Positions 1 to 12,156 of a stretch of 64,000 bases of DNA are shown in pieces. A program made the translations under genes and the position numbers. The notes below the pieces were generated by a model, which was given only the letters and a program-made list of their open reading frames with translations, made no database searches and had not been told where the DNA came from. This stretch comes from Octopus vulgaris (lineage: Eukaryota). The stretch covers positions 74,834,001 to 74,898,000 of the forward strand of contig OX597823.1 of assembly GCA_951406725.2 (NCBI GenBank), written 5' to 3'. The number at the start of each line of letters is the position of its first letter. Within the stretch, counting starts at the first letter, position 1.

Positions 1-1699
1 ATCTTCAAATGGTTAAAATGACTCTTCGAAGATGTAATTGGTTTCAGTTTCACATAAAGTTCTATGTTAGTTATATGAAACATTGAAATATACATGCTGT
101 ATCTTTTAAAATATCGCGATATATTTGCTGTGTTAATGTAAGACTAATTTTAAACGACCGTCTATTTCAGATTTTCATGATGCTAGGAAGTGATGCAATT
201 CAATAGTAGGTGGATTAAGCTTGAAAAATGATCTCAAATATCTATAGAGAATTGTAATTCTCCCCTGAATTCTTATATTATTCATTTGGCTGTCACAGAA
301 GATCTCAATCCAAACTCATTAAAAGATTGTCATTCTCAATTCATGTACGTATGAAACGATGGGAATCAATTACTGTGATTTTGGTAATGTGGTTTTAGAA
401 TTTCTACATATTTATATTCTCGAAGGTATTAATTTACTTGATGTAGCCACTTGCCATGATACTTCTGTCAGGCATATTCAGAGTTAAATCAATCATATAT
501 TTTTCTTTCACTCACAGAGTGAAGAACGGAAAAGGGAACAAACACAAGGCTTAATGTGCACAAGATGATTAGACAATAAATGTAATAAAGCATATATTAT
601 AAATGAATATCCCAGTGTATGAAAGGAAAATGAAATGTAAACCATATATCACGTTGTAAATTATGTTCTGACTGCATCTATTATCACTAAATGAACAAAC
701 ACTGGAAATGTCACAATTCGACTTACTGTAGATTCCATAATAATTTACCTAATGTTTGTGCCCGGTTGCAATTTTCGAAGGGGGAAGTGTCATGATGAGA
801 CAGAAGAAAGCATTTGATAGGCATTTATCTTATCGATTCCGAAACGATGAAAGGCAAAGTCGATCTCAGCAGTATTTGAACACAGAACACAATGAAGTGG
901 AGGAAATGACGTTAAGAGTCTGCTCCATAATAATAAGATATTTGTTTTAACAACGATTGTAAGATAAAACTTATTGGTTTTATGTTACATACGCAACTAT
1001 CAACAAACACAAACATACACACACAAATATATGTGCAGTATGTGAGTGTGTGAGTGTATGAGTTTACGTGTGTATGTGTGTGTGTACAAGCTGATATAGC
1101 TCAGTGGATCAATTTGGCCGGGTTATCTCTTACTCGGTGACGCACATGATATATTTTGTGACTGTTTATTTTTATATCTAAATGCTGAAATACTACGATA
1201 AAATTTTCGTCTAACATTTTACGTGCATATTCTAACTTATCATCTTAAGAGCATACTTGTTAGTAACTTTGCGGTAAAATTTAAGTTGGCTCTGAATATT
1301 ATGGAATATATTGTTTTCAATTTATAGAACGGTTACATTTACTAATCACGCTTGACCTGGAGACTATCATGAGTGAAATTGTAATGTGCTTCAATGGAGA
1401 AGAACTGCACTGAAGAAACGCCAACATTAATATGAAACTACTTCACAGTAAGCGCGCTGCGAGTATTTCATCTTTATGAATTTTAAATTCCCATTATATT
1501 GTCATGTTTGAATTGTTCTATCGTGTAAATTAGAGTAAAATCAAAGAAGTAGTCGTAGCTGATGAAATGTAAGCTAATGAACAAATTTCGAAATCAAGAA
1601 TGATGGATTATAGAATGCGTAACATTCTAAGAAACTTCATGAGTTTATATTTAAATTGAGCATTAGGTAGACTGCTGTGTCCCATATATCTACATTAAT

Positions 1700-1933
1700 A
1701 AGGCGGTGAGCTGGCAGAATCGTTAGCACGCCGGGCGAAATGCGTAGCCGTATTTCGTCTGCCGTTACGTTCTGAGTTCAAATTCCGCCGAGGTCGACTT
1801 TGCCTTTCATCCTTTCGGGGTCGATAAATTAAGTACCAGTTCCGCACTGGGGTCGATGTAATCGACTTGATCCGTTTGTCTGTCCCTGTTTGTCCCCTCT
1901 ATGTTTAGCCCCTTGTGGGTAATAAAAAAACAG
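1700..1933 (+). mobile_element. tRNA-derived SINE (Octopus OK-like family), full length
   Basis: Head GGCGGTGAGCTGGCAGAATCGTTAG with B-box-like GAGTTCAAATT, and an A-rich tail. Flanked by a 16-bp target-site duplication ATATATCTACATTAAT (1684-1699 and 1934-1949). Near-identical copies at 2148 and 4081. Confidence 0.9.
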
Positions 1934-2147
1934 ATATATCTACATTAATTTGTTACAATTAATTCACTCTTTCATTGCTGCCTCTCAGTAAATTTTCTTG
2001 GGATTCTTTGTTGTGTCGCATATATTTTTAAACAATTGTCTCTTCGTTTCGACAAATTTATAAAAAAAGGGTTCAAGCGTTCAACTGGCATTACAAATCT
2101 TAGAAAAGAAAAATCTAGACGCACAGTGATGTGAAACAGAATATACC

Positions 2148-2374
2148 TATTTCTTTATTACCCACAAGGGGCTAAACACAGAGGGGACAAAGGAGGACAG
2201 ACAAACGGATTAAGTCGATTACATCGACCCCAGTGCGTAACTGGTACTTAATTTATCGACCCCGAAAGGATGAAAGGCAAAGTCGACCTCGGCGGAATTT
2301 GAACTCACAACGGCAGCCGAAATACCGCTAAGCATTTCGTCCGACGTGCTAACGATTCTGCCAGCTCGCCGCCT
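2148..2374 (-). mobile_element. tRNA-derived SINE, same family as 1700-1933
   Basis: Reverse complement of the 1700 copy, with an 18-bp TSD TGTGAAACAGAATATACC (2130-2147 and 2375-2392). Confidence 0.9.
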
Positions 2375-3219
2375 TGTGAAACAGAATATACCATTTTCCC
2401 AAACATATTATAAAAGAATATTTCCATTCAAATAACTGCTACCTCAATTCTTGACGCATATGTCCACGGTGTGTGTAATCTTTGAAACCTGATCAAGATG
2501 AAATCATGGATATTTTTCTGGCCAAATAAACACACACACATTATATTTTCGTTCTTCACTTGTTTATTATTGGTCTCATTTCATGTCCATAGTCAGGACA
2601 TAACTGAGACCTCTTCAGTGACCCTCCGCCACATGTATCTCCTCCTGCTCCGTTTAGCTTATTCTATCCTTCTATGGTATGTAACTTTACCTGCGTTTCA
2701 ATCTGTTTGTGTGTGTGTGTGTGTGTGTGTAAACGCGTGTCTATGTGTTTTGTATATGTGTATTTGTTTTTGTTTACTATATTGTATGCATCTGTGACCT
2801 TTATATAGTGTTTACAATTATCTGTTTATCTGTTTATTTAACTCTGTATTTTCCCCATTTCCTGTAAAGTATATGTTTGCGTATATTTTGAGTGTGTGTG
2901 TGTGTGTGTGTGTGTATTTGGGTTTACGTATTATACTGCTAGTACCTGTAATTTTGACTCTTGTCTTCTGTCGTTACGATGCATGGTGTTGTGGTGGTGG
3001 GTGTTATTGTTCCATTCGTGTCTTCGGTTAAGGCTTGGTCTATGTGTGACACCTGTAAACTCTTAGGGGTGGTGAGTGTTGTATGTGTTGATAATACCTT
3101 AACATTTATGTTATTAATCGAGTCTCTGTGTATGCTGGTAGAGCACTGACGAAATCTTATGTTTGAGTTTCAACGAACGATTTCACATAAAGAATCTTGC
3201 AAAACAAATACATACAAGT

Positions 3220-3252
3220 GTATATGTATGTATGGAAGGATGTATGTATGTA

Positions 3253-3304
<52 letters not shown>

Positions 3305-3430
3305 GCACACACACATACATACATACATACATACATAAATACATACATATATATATATATATACAAGGGCAAAAGAAAAAATTATTTTCATGCAAATATG
3401 CTGATAACAGACCTTTAAATCGTCAATTTC

Positions 3431-3462
<32 letters not shown>
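3220..3462. repeat. compound microsatellite (TATG)n/(TA)n/(CATA)n/(CA)n
   Basis: Directly visible; source of the spurious YI/HT-repeat ORFs. Confidence 0.9.
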
Positions 3463-4080
3463 ATCAAAACTACTATTATGTTTATAGTTTATATTTTCCA
3501 CGTTTCCGCTTTACAGTTTACTGTAAAAGAATTCAATCAGAGAGATAACGTAGAGTCATAACAGCAAGAGCAAATATTATGCTTTGCTTTACCTATTTTA
3601 CAAACTAATTCTTCCAAATTTGTTATTCTCCGGCTCTATATTATCGTATGAAGTTTTTTCTTCTTATTGTTATGAAATGAATAAAAACAAAACGACATAT
3701 GAGATAAAGTGGCAATATAAATTTATTAAACAGCAGTTACAAAAACGTTCGTGCATCTTTATCACATGTGTTTCACTTTCGTTACATATATGTATGAAAA
3801 ACAATTTGACCTGATCGATTTGTATGGAGCTGCATCATCATCTTAAATTCGTAGGTTTTCAGAAAAATCCTTATTTATCTACATTATTTGCATTACGTTA
3901 TATGTTTGACAAATTTTCTTTCCTGTGCTATTCGATCATCATGTTTTCTAAAGTCATATGTTGCTTATCAACTTACTGCAACAAAATACACATTTCCTTG
4001 ATTTCATTCATTGATTTAATAAATTGATTTGTTGTCACTAAGTTTCTTTTGATGACTAAGCACTCATATTACTGCTTTAA

Positions 4081-4295
4081 GGCGGCGAGCTGGCAGAAAC
4101 GTTAGCACGCCGGGCGAAATACGTGGCCGTATTTCGTCTGCCGTTACGTTCTGAGTTCAAATTCCGCCGAGGTCGACTTTGCCTTTCATCCTTTCGGGGT
4201 CGATAAATTAAGTACCAGTTGCGCACTGGGGCCGACGTAATCGACTTAATCCGTTTGTCTGTCCTTGTTTGTCCTCTTGTGGGTAGTAAAGAAAT
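4081..4295 (+). mobile_element. tRNA-derived SINE, same family as 1700-1933
   Basis: Near-identical body; TSD ATATTACTGCTTTAAGG at 4066-4082 and 4296-4312. Confidence 0.9.
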
Positions 4296-4484
4296 ATATT
4301 ACTGCTTTAAGGATACATTTTACAGACATTCCGGCATTGAAGTAAATTTACGAATGCTGCTCCTCACCCCTGTCTCAGGCGTAATTCACAAATCCTTATT
4401 TCGCTATATATTTTATGTTAGACACGTTGAAACTATTGTTTACATACGAGCACATCCATGAAAACATTCATTAAATTGTGCATT

Positions 4485-4790
4485 GGAGATACATGGCTTA
4501 GTGGTTAAGATATTGCAATCTCGATTGCGGCATCGAAGTTTCGATTCCCTGACCGAACATTGCGTTGTGTTCCTGAGCAAAACACTTCATTTCACGTTTC
4601 TCTTCGACCATTTCGTCATCTGACATATGGCACATGTTGTCCCTGCATAGGTAATGTCGATTTGATGGAGTGAGTGAGCTTATGTGAACACATGCATTCA
4701 ATCACAATAAACAAATAATCTGTGTGGTTGTTCGGCAAGAAATTGCTGAACGCTCATACGTCTTCCAAATAACGGGAGAGTACATCATAT
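4485..4790 (+). mobile_element. degenerate tRNA-derived SINE (OR-like)
   Basis: A-box TGGCTTAGTGG and B-box GTTTCGATTCC, followed by CORE-like GTTGTGTTCCTGAGCAAAACACTT. Head resembles the 15175 SINE. Confidence 0.7.
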
Positions 4791-5383
4791 ATAGACAGAG
4801 TGTGCCTATGTTAAATGTGCGTCAGCGACATGTCTTTTAAATAAATAAATTACGTACATGGAAATTTAAGCAGTTACAATTAAATTCATACTATCTCACA
4901 CACAATGAACATGAATAATGACGTTTTTATATTTAAATTTTGAGTAGAAAAATGTAATTGGATGAATGAATTTCTTTCTAAAAATAATTCTCCTCAAGTA
5001 GTGTGTTCATATTCAGCAAGATATCTATCAGGAATACAAACTCTTTTAAATCAAAGTATAAAGGATTCAGCAAGAATTTGATTCATTTTTTGATTCAGCA
5101 AGAGTCTGATTCGTAATTTGCAAAAAAATATGAATTTATTTATACGCTTTTGGAAAATGTCGTAAATTAAAAGTAGTGACCCCGTAGTGTGATATATATA
5201 GAAACTCGACAGATATGAATTTACGATTAAATATAAACTAGAAATATTATTACTTCAAATCTCCTAGTTTTTGGTGGAAGAGTATACAAAATACTAAATG
5301 TATCAGACTAAGTTTTTTATTGATGAATCGCAAGGAAACTGTATTTTGTGTGAAAATACAAACTTTTATACATGGGCGCACGC

Positions 5384-5518
5384 ATATATATATATATATA
5401 TATATATATGTCTGTGTGTGTGTGTATGTGTTTGTGTACACACATATATATGCATGCATACATATATACATACACACACAGGCACACACACACGCACGCA
5501 GACACACACACACACACG

Positions 5519-5552
<34 letters not shown>

Positions 5553-5555
5553 TAA
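5384..5555. repeat. compound (TA)n/(TG)n/(CA)n microsatellite
   Basis: Directly visible. Confidence 0.9.
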
Positions 5556-8499
5556 ATATCCAAGTTCCCTAGACCATGGCACAAATGTCATCCCAACTAA
5601 AATTTGGCTCCGCAAGTCACATATAGTAACCTGCTCGTACAGCACCTTCGAATCACACGCAAACACAACACCAATAGGAAATGAGACAAACTGCGATGGA
5701 AACTTCAGCACAGGAAGCTTTAGCCATCTGGATGATAATGAATTGGGAATGTCTGATTATTTGCTTTTATTCTACAGAAAATAACACCATCTGTAAGTTC
5801 TGCCATATTTCCTCAAAGGTAGATATATATTGATGGTGTAGTTAAAATCATTTTGATGCGCTCATTTCAGTAGATATGACTAAAAGAGTTTCTAAAATTT
5901 AGGTGCATAAAAGAATGTACATACTTTGTGTATACTGTGCATAGCTTGCATGTTGGAACCTCAGATTTATGCCTTATACAGCAACTATTGTCTAACCCAC
6001 ACGATACCCCTCTCCCGACGCATATAAATTGCCAAGTTCGAAGATTGATAGCATTGACCTTCCAGTAGAAAGAATTGAACAATATTTTGCTTTTCACAAA
6101 CCATAATAGTCCGGGTGGAATGTCACACATGCTCTTACTATTATGATTAGAAATATATTGACTTGACAGCTCAAAGATTTACAAGTCTGACTCAAACTTA
6201 ATGCTCATGCGCCTCTCAATGAGCCTTCAACACAAAGCAACTCCTTAAAATAACAATAATGTTTACATTAATGCGTGCAACCTATTAAATTTCTCTGCTG
6301 TATATGAATATTTTTCTATCATTTTAATGACCGATATATACATAAATATGTTACAAGAATATGTATAGTTTAGTGTCTGTGGGAATTCTAATATTACTTG
6401 ATTTACACTCACGTATTCACATACAGCCGCATTGCCACATGCCTTTCTCTCAATACTGATACCTGTGTGGTGATACTTAAAAGCCGTTTATTCTCTACTT
6501 GCTTCTCTATCAGCATACACTTTTGTGAAACAAATCTCATTAAGTGAAGGAATTACATTTCCTGTGGTAATCGGTAGTGAGATTTTATTAGTAACTTGTA
6601 ATCGTGCAGACACATTTCTGCTGATTTTTCTTACATGTTTTTGAGGTTACAAGATGTAGAGAGAAAAAAATTAATTTCTAGTTCATCGCTGAAAAGCGAA
6701 CCCATTATTGGAGTGTCCCTACACCTTTAAAGTAACGTTTTATAAATTCTGACGGTCAGATAAAACACACGCAATACAGTTGGAATATATTTTTGGCCCT
6801 TCACACTAAATTATTGTCGCTATCGGAGTTTCTCATATAACATTTCAATCCAAGCAGTGACAATTGATTTTCAAGAACGAATACTCCAATTGCTATTTCA
6901 AAAGCAAAATGCGAATGCAAGCTAAGAAGTTATACACAACTTATTGGAAATGATTTTAAAATATTCAATTTGGAAGGATTTATAAATTGTGAAGCACAAA
7001 TATTCAATATATGCTTCCTTGTGTACTTCTACTCAATGATTAAAACCCCAAACATTCCACTTTTATATGAACGTACGTTTAGGAATTCCGTGTTTAGATA
7101 TTACTATGCTATCCAGTATGCTGAGAGAACCTATGTTTGGCTAAAATAATTACAGTGTTGTTAAGAAAGGAAAAAAAAAATTGATACTGTCATAGTTTCT
7201 GCATTATACTGAAAATAAACTGAAAATTCAAATTTTGATAGCGCACAATTGAATATATTTAAGGCGATATCTTCCTGTTGGCTATGTAATCGTTAAGGTG
7301 TATTTACATTGATAATTCTATCTATAACTAACAACATTAGAAATTGCTATAGGAGCGAAGGAATCAAGTCATGTTATAGAACTCGATGTGCTATTCCACC
7401 AAAACTGGTTAAAATAAGATTGATTTCAATTAAGGAAGAACAAAAGCTTGATGGTTGCCATTTCCCTCTGCTTGGTATTAATCCACAAGTCACTGACAAC
7501 TTTATCAAGCCCTATATGTTTCATTTACAATATTAAATTTATCAGAAACCTTCACCATACGTGTTGCTCAGTAACTTCCTAATGGCTTTCCCTATTCGTA
7601 CGATAAGACTAATATGGCTAACTTCTAAGATAGATTATTAATAAAACTATATCTTATTAATAATTTCAACAACACGTTTCTAATAATGAACATATTTTCA
7701 AACACCATTTATCTTACTGAAAGGGTATACAAAGTAAAAGTGGTTTCAGAGTATAAATTAAGGTCCATTGACAGGGTTGGTTGGAAAGTTGCGAAATGAT
7801 ATGTGGAAAAACAAATTTGAAGCGACAATTTCCTTTGGCAAATGTTTAATGTTATTGTTAACAATAATTCCTCGCATCTATAGATAAAATTATATTTACA
7901 AAACAGGACTTCCAGAACCGAAGGTGCAGCTTGGGTGATGCCCAACATAATTTTACCCAGGTTGGTAAATAAATCATGTATTCCTATCACAACGTAAGCG
8001 GAAAAACTCTGAAACATGCTCTAAAAATTTAAATGTTAAAGGTTATGATGATTAATGAAATTATAGCGTATGTCGGTTAAAACTCTTGTTACATAGATAT
8101 TCTAATTTGCACTGTTCCTGCCTTTGGTATCCTTAAAGAGAATGTGCATCTTAGCAGGTTTTATTTGCAACATTGAAAATGACGGTAGTTGGGAGGAGTA
8201 ACAGGGAGGAGCTTACATGGAAGATAGGGATTCAATTATAGACAATGGGTATTCATGTTATATATATATACAATCTAATCGCTATATTTTTATATATTTT
8301 CAATATATATTCTTAGAAGGCCCGATAATCTCTTCATAATATTTTTTTCATATCAAGTATACTAAACGGTGGGATATAATATGTTATGAATAAAAAATAT
8401 GAAGAATTGGTGCTGTCTTCAGTAAATGCGTGCAAGATGCAGAATTTCAGTTCATGGGCTCGACATTAACAATTATGAGGCTGAAAAGTTTTGGAGGGA

Positions 8500-8640
8500 G
8501 GGGTTAGTCGATTACTTCGAACCTAGTACTTATTTCATCAACCGCGAAAGGATGAAAGGCAAAATCAAACTCTGCGGAATTTGAACTCGGAAAGGTAGGG
8601 GCATTTTGCCCGGCGGGCAAACGGTTCTGCCAGCTAGCAG
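8500..8640 (-). mobile_element. degenerate copy of the 1700-family SINE
   Basis: GAAAGGATGAAAGGCAAA...GCGGAATTTGAACTC...TTCTGCCAGCT matches the 2148 copy. Confidence 0.75.
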
Positions 8641-8984
8641 TCCTGGGCTGAACATTTGTCACTTAAGGTGATAAAAATGAATTGAAGGAAACCAAAACAC
8701 GAGCCAATCTTTGATATAAACTTAGCTAATAAAAAATATGAGTATTATCTAGTTACTGAAAACGCACGATATGCGGGAATGTGTATCAAACTGTCAAATA
8801 CAGGTTGAATTCATGTGTTGTTAGCACAAATGATGTAATCAGTATCTACTATAGAAAACGAAGGGCAAAAATGTTCCTGCTTAATGTGATGCAAAATGTT
8901 CTGCATTTCTCTTAAATTTAAGCACAGAATCGCGAACATGAACGAGAATTACAGATCATACAATTATTAGATAGATCTGTACAT

Positions 8985-9122
8985 AGGCGCAGGTGTGGCT
9001 GTGTGGTAAGTAGCTTGCTAATCAACCGCATGGTTCCGGGTTCAGGCCCACTACGTGGTATCTTGGGCCGACCAATGCCTTGTGAGTGGATTTGGTAGAC
9101 GGAAACTGAAAGAAGCCTGTCG

Positions 9123-9153
<31 letters not shown>

Positions 9154-9370
9154 TTGTTTGTGTGTCTGTGTTTGTCCCCCTAGCATTGCTTGACAACCGA
9201 TGCTGGTGTGTTTATGTCCCCCTTACTTAGTGGTTCGGCAAAAGTGACCGATAGAATAAGTAATGGTCTTGCAAAAAAATAAGTCCCGGGGTCGAGTTGC
9301 TCGATTAAAGGTGGTGTTCCAGCATGGCCACAGTCAAATGACTGAAACAAGTAAAAGAGTAAAAAGAGAA
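8985..9370 (+). mobile_element. tRNA-derived SINE (Octopus OR2-like family)
   Basis: Head AGGCGCAGGTGTGGCTGTGTGGTAAG...CCGGGTTCAGGCC, internal (TA)n(TG)n, and tail CCAGCATGGCCACAGTCAAATGACTGAAACAAGTAAAAGAGTAAAAAGAG. The same head occurs at 58879. Confidence 0.8.
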
Positions 9371-9586
9371 TATTAGGAATTGTTACACTTTATGAATGAA
9401 ATATAGCCGTCTGCTCTCTATCTTTATCGAGTTCGAGATCAGATAATATTTAATAGCGCCAGAGCACAGAGGTATGTGCTATGAAATGTACATACAAACA
9501 CAAGCACATGTGCAGGTGCATTACACACGAGCACACGCACATGTGTGCATATCAGTGCATATATGGACTTAAGTGCTTCTACATGT

Positions 9587-9644
<58 letters not shown>

Positions 9645-9801
9645 GTGAAATAGAAAGATGAATAATCTTGTAGTAGATTAATCAAAAGTTTAACCGATAC
9701 CTTAGTAGCAAAAATCACAGCATTAAAACAGCACGGTTGGAGGTACAACCATATGGTGTTGCAACCGTGCGTTGGTGCGGATAATTGAAATTAGAACATT
9801 A

Positions 9802-10537
9802 TTGGTGAATTGAAGAAATGGAGCTGAACGCAGATTGAACAGAAATCGTTTTATTTCATTCTACACGTGTTTCGAAAGGCACAAATTACCAAAATCCGAT
9901 GGAATAATGGGACCATATTGTGTCTTTCTCTTCAGGAAGAAAATAGGAAATCCGTTGGAAAAACAAAAACAGAACAGAGGCGGAGCAAAAACAAATCTAA
10001 CTATGCTCCTAAGAGCCCATGGCGAAACTGTTTACCAGTGTATGTTGAGAACCGGTGGCTGAAGAATTCAACGAGTCAGGCATCGGTCAATCATGTGGGT
10101 GAGGGGGCGTAGATGTTCTTTGTGACCGAGAATAAAGTTCTGACTATTTAAGGAATATTGGATGTTTTATAGGGGGCGAGAAAAAATCTACTTAGAGACG
10201 TGTGTGTGTGTATACTGTTCTATATACGTGTGTGTTGGCGTAGGGGTAGAAAACATTTTTTGTGTACGTGTGTGCGTTTGATCGTTCGGCTGTCAGTGGC
10301 TACTGCCGTGATGACCGTTGGGTGGCAGAAAAAAAATATATATATCATGTTTTATGTGTGTGTGTGTTCTCATCTAAGCCTGCCTTGTCAAGGAAACCCC
10401 CCGCTGTGAAAAAACCAAGCCCCGTTTGTCTTACAGGAGTAATTCCCCTTGCAGTGGTTAATCGTAGATATCTTAAAGGCTATTTCAGAATTTGTTGCCA
10501 AGGGCTATGGGTGCCGGTATTATTTATAAACGCTATT
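9802..10537 (-). repeat. inverted pseudo-LTR, left arm
   Basis: Reverse complement of 12152-12888 with only a handful of substitutions and indels. The near-identical mirror ORFs 9835/9867 (+) and 12628/12578 (-) show the same thing. Confidence 0.95.
9852..9945 (-). ncRNA. type I hammerhead ribozyme (mirror copy)
   Basis: Reverse complement of the hammerhead at 12745-12838. Confidence 0.8.
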
Positions 10538-12156
10538 GTCTGTTTTACCTGCAAAACACCACGAACAGAATAGTGCAGAAAACTAAGAGCAGGTTAGCTA
10601 GGTTTTTTAATAGAATGGGCATGAGTATAGTTTTTGATAATGAACTCACCAAGGCCAATTTCCTAGACGTTACACTTAACCTTAATAGCGACTCATACTG
10701 CCCTTACCATAAGCCTTCCACTAATTTGAAGTATGTCAGTGTCTTCTCAAATCATGCCAAAACCGTAACAGACAATTTGGTTAAAAACATCTCTCTAAGA
10801 TTGTCTGGCTTGTCCGCCAGTGCCGATATTTTTATGCAGAAAGCGGAATTTTATAACGCCGCACTATCCAAGGCCGGTTATAGGCAGAAGGTAATTTATA
10901 TTGATCCGGCCCTTCCGATGCCATCATTCGGTCATCAGGATAGGGCCGTATATAATAACATTAACATTTTAAGTAAGGACGGGAGCGCGGTGGATGCCGG
11001 GGTAGTCGCTCCCGCATTTAATTTAGCGAACAAGGATAATTATCGGTCCGGGAGGTCTTACACTAACCCAAGACCCGTCATTCATCCGAGAATCACCCAC
11101 CCGAATGCGAGAGCTGGCGTCCCGATCCATCACACTGATAGGAATAAGCATATATGGTTTGTAATCCCCTTTGGTAAGCAGATTAGAACTAACCTCCCCC
11201 TCATGTTTAGACAAGCCATCGCCAATAACTTCCCCAGAAATTCCAAATATTACTCCACGGTTAACTCGCATAAAGTTAGGATAGCTTTCTCCAACACTAA
11301 AAACCTCGCCCAGATAATCGCCTCCCATAATAATAGGCTACTTACTAAGACCCTATCACCTTTTTCCGGAGGCACAGCCTCTTCCGCTCCCGGTTTAATG
11401 CTCAGTAGGAATAATTATAGTAGTAATAATGATATGAGAGCCAGTACAGTGACACATAATCTCAGCTCCAGCCAGGGAGTACCCACTAGGGGTATAGTTA
11501 TAAATAGGGGTGTTGTGGTTGACGGTAACAATGGGAGTAGGGTAGAGAGCCCCAATAGCATCCCCAGCATCATTTCCCGCAATAGCAGCACCACGGGCAG
11601 TAGCAATGACAGCACTTTGATAGATAGTGGAGAATCAGGGGTTATTCCTATAGTTAATATTGACGTAGTGGAAAATAGAGTAGTAAGCGGCTGCAGGTCT
11701 CGGAACGAATATAGTGACAGGAACGCAGTTCTAATTTCAGAAACTAATCCTAGCAGAATTAGATTCACGTCGGCGAACTCCAAGATCAAAAACGCCGTCT
11801 ACCAATGCAAGGTTTACACGGACTCAGATGTCTTCACTTATGTAGGGGCCTCATCCTCAAGATTGTCTTTGCGTGTCTCCAACCATTACGCAACTTTTCG
11901 GGACATGAACAAGCGCCAGACCACGGGACTCAGTAAGCTAATATGGCGACTGAAGGATACGAACTTAAGCTACAGGCTGGAATGGTCAATTTTGTCGGTG
12001 GCCCTCCCATTTGATAGGGGCAGAAGGCAGTGCAACCTTTGTGTCTCCGAACTCTTCCATATTTTGTTTGCCAGAGGCCGGATGGTAAACGGGCTTTTAC
12101 AGTCGGCTTTTCGATGCCCCCATTGGCGGCGTTACACTTATCTGGCTTTTAAATAG
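10492..12156 (+). CDS. Penelope-like (Naiad-type) RT C-terminal/thumb region plus GIY-YIG endonuclease; 5'-truncated, element-derived from ~10538
   Basis: 554-aa uninterrupted ORF. RT end/thumb: NFLDVTLNL..Y.PY.KP...YV...SNH...RLS.LS....F...A..YN.AL.KAGY. Linker: HIWFVIPFGKQIRTN...F...I..NFP...SHN. Endonuclease: AVYQCKV..YVG..LRVSNH..LSKLIWRLK..WSIL..CNLCVSE..N..CPH. The first ~15 codons come from the inverted arm, and the YxDD motif is missing. Confidence 0.88.
   Translation: MLPRAMGAGIIYKRYCLFYLQNTTNRIVQKTKSRLARFFNRMGMSIVFDNELTKANFLDVTLNLNSDSYCPYHKPSTNLKYVSVFSNHAKTVTDNLVKNISLRLSGLSASADIFMQKAEFYNAALSKAGYRQKVIYIDPALPMPSFGHQDRAVYNNINILSKDGSAVDAGVVAPAFNLANKDNYRSGRSYTNPRPVIHPRITHPNARAGVPIHHTDRNKHIWFVIPFGKQIRTNLPLMFRQAIANNFPRNSKYYSTVNSHKVRIAFSNTKNLAQIIASHNNRLLTKTLSPFSGGTASSAPGLMLSRNNYSSNNDMRASTVTHNLSSSQGVPTRGIVINRGVVVDGNNGSRVESPNSIPSIISRNSSTTGSSNDSTLIDSGESGVIPIVNIDVVENRVVSGCRSRNEYSDRNAVLISETNPSRIRFTSANSKIKNAVYQCKVYTDSDVFTYVGASSSRLSLRVSNHYATFRDMNKRQTTGLSKLIWRLKDTNLSYRLEWSILSVALPFDRGRRQCNLCVSELFHILFARGRMVNGLLQSAFRCPHWRRYTYLAFK

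Noticed and set aside
9835-10573. Short ORFs duplicated at 12228-12855
   Set aside because: By-products of the inverted pseudo-LTR; one is frameshifted between the arms and none has a recognisable domain.
11023-11789. Antisense ORFs 11023-11328 and 11415-11789 inside the Penelope ORF
   Set aside because: Leu/Ile/Thr richness is the expected antisense reading of Ser/Asn/Val codons; no independent motif.
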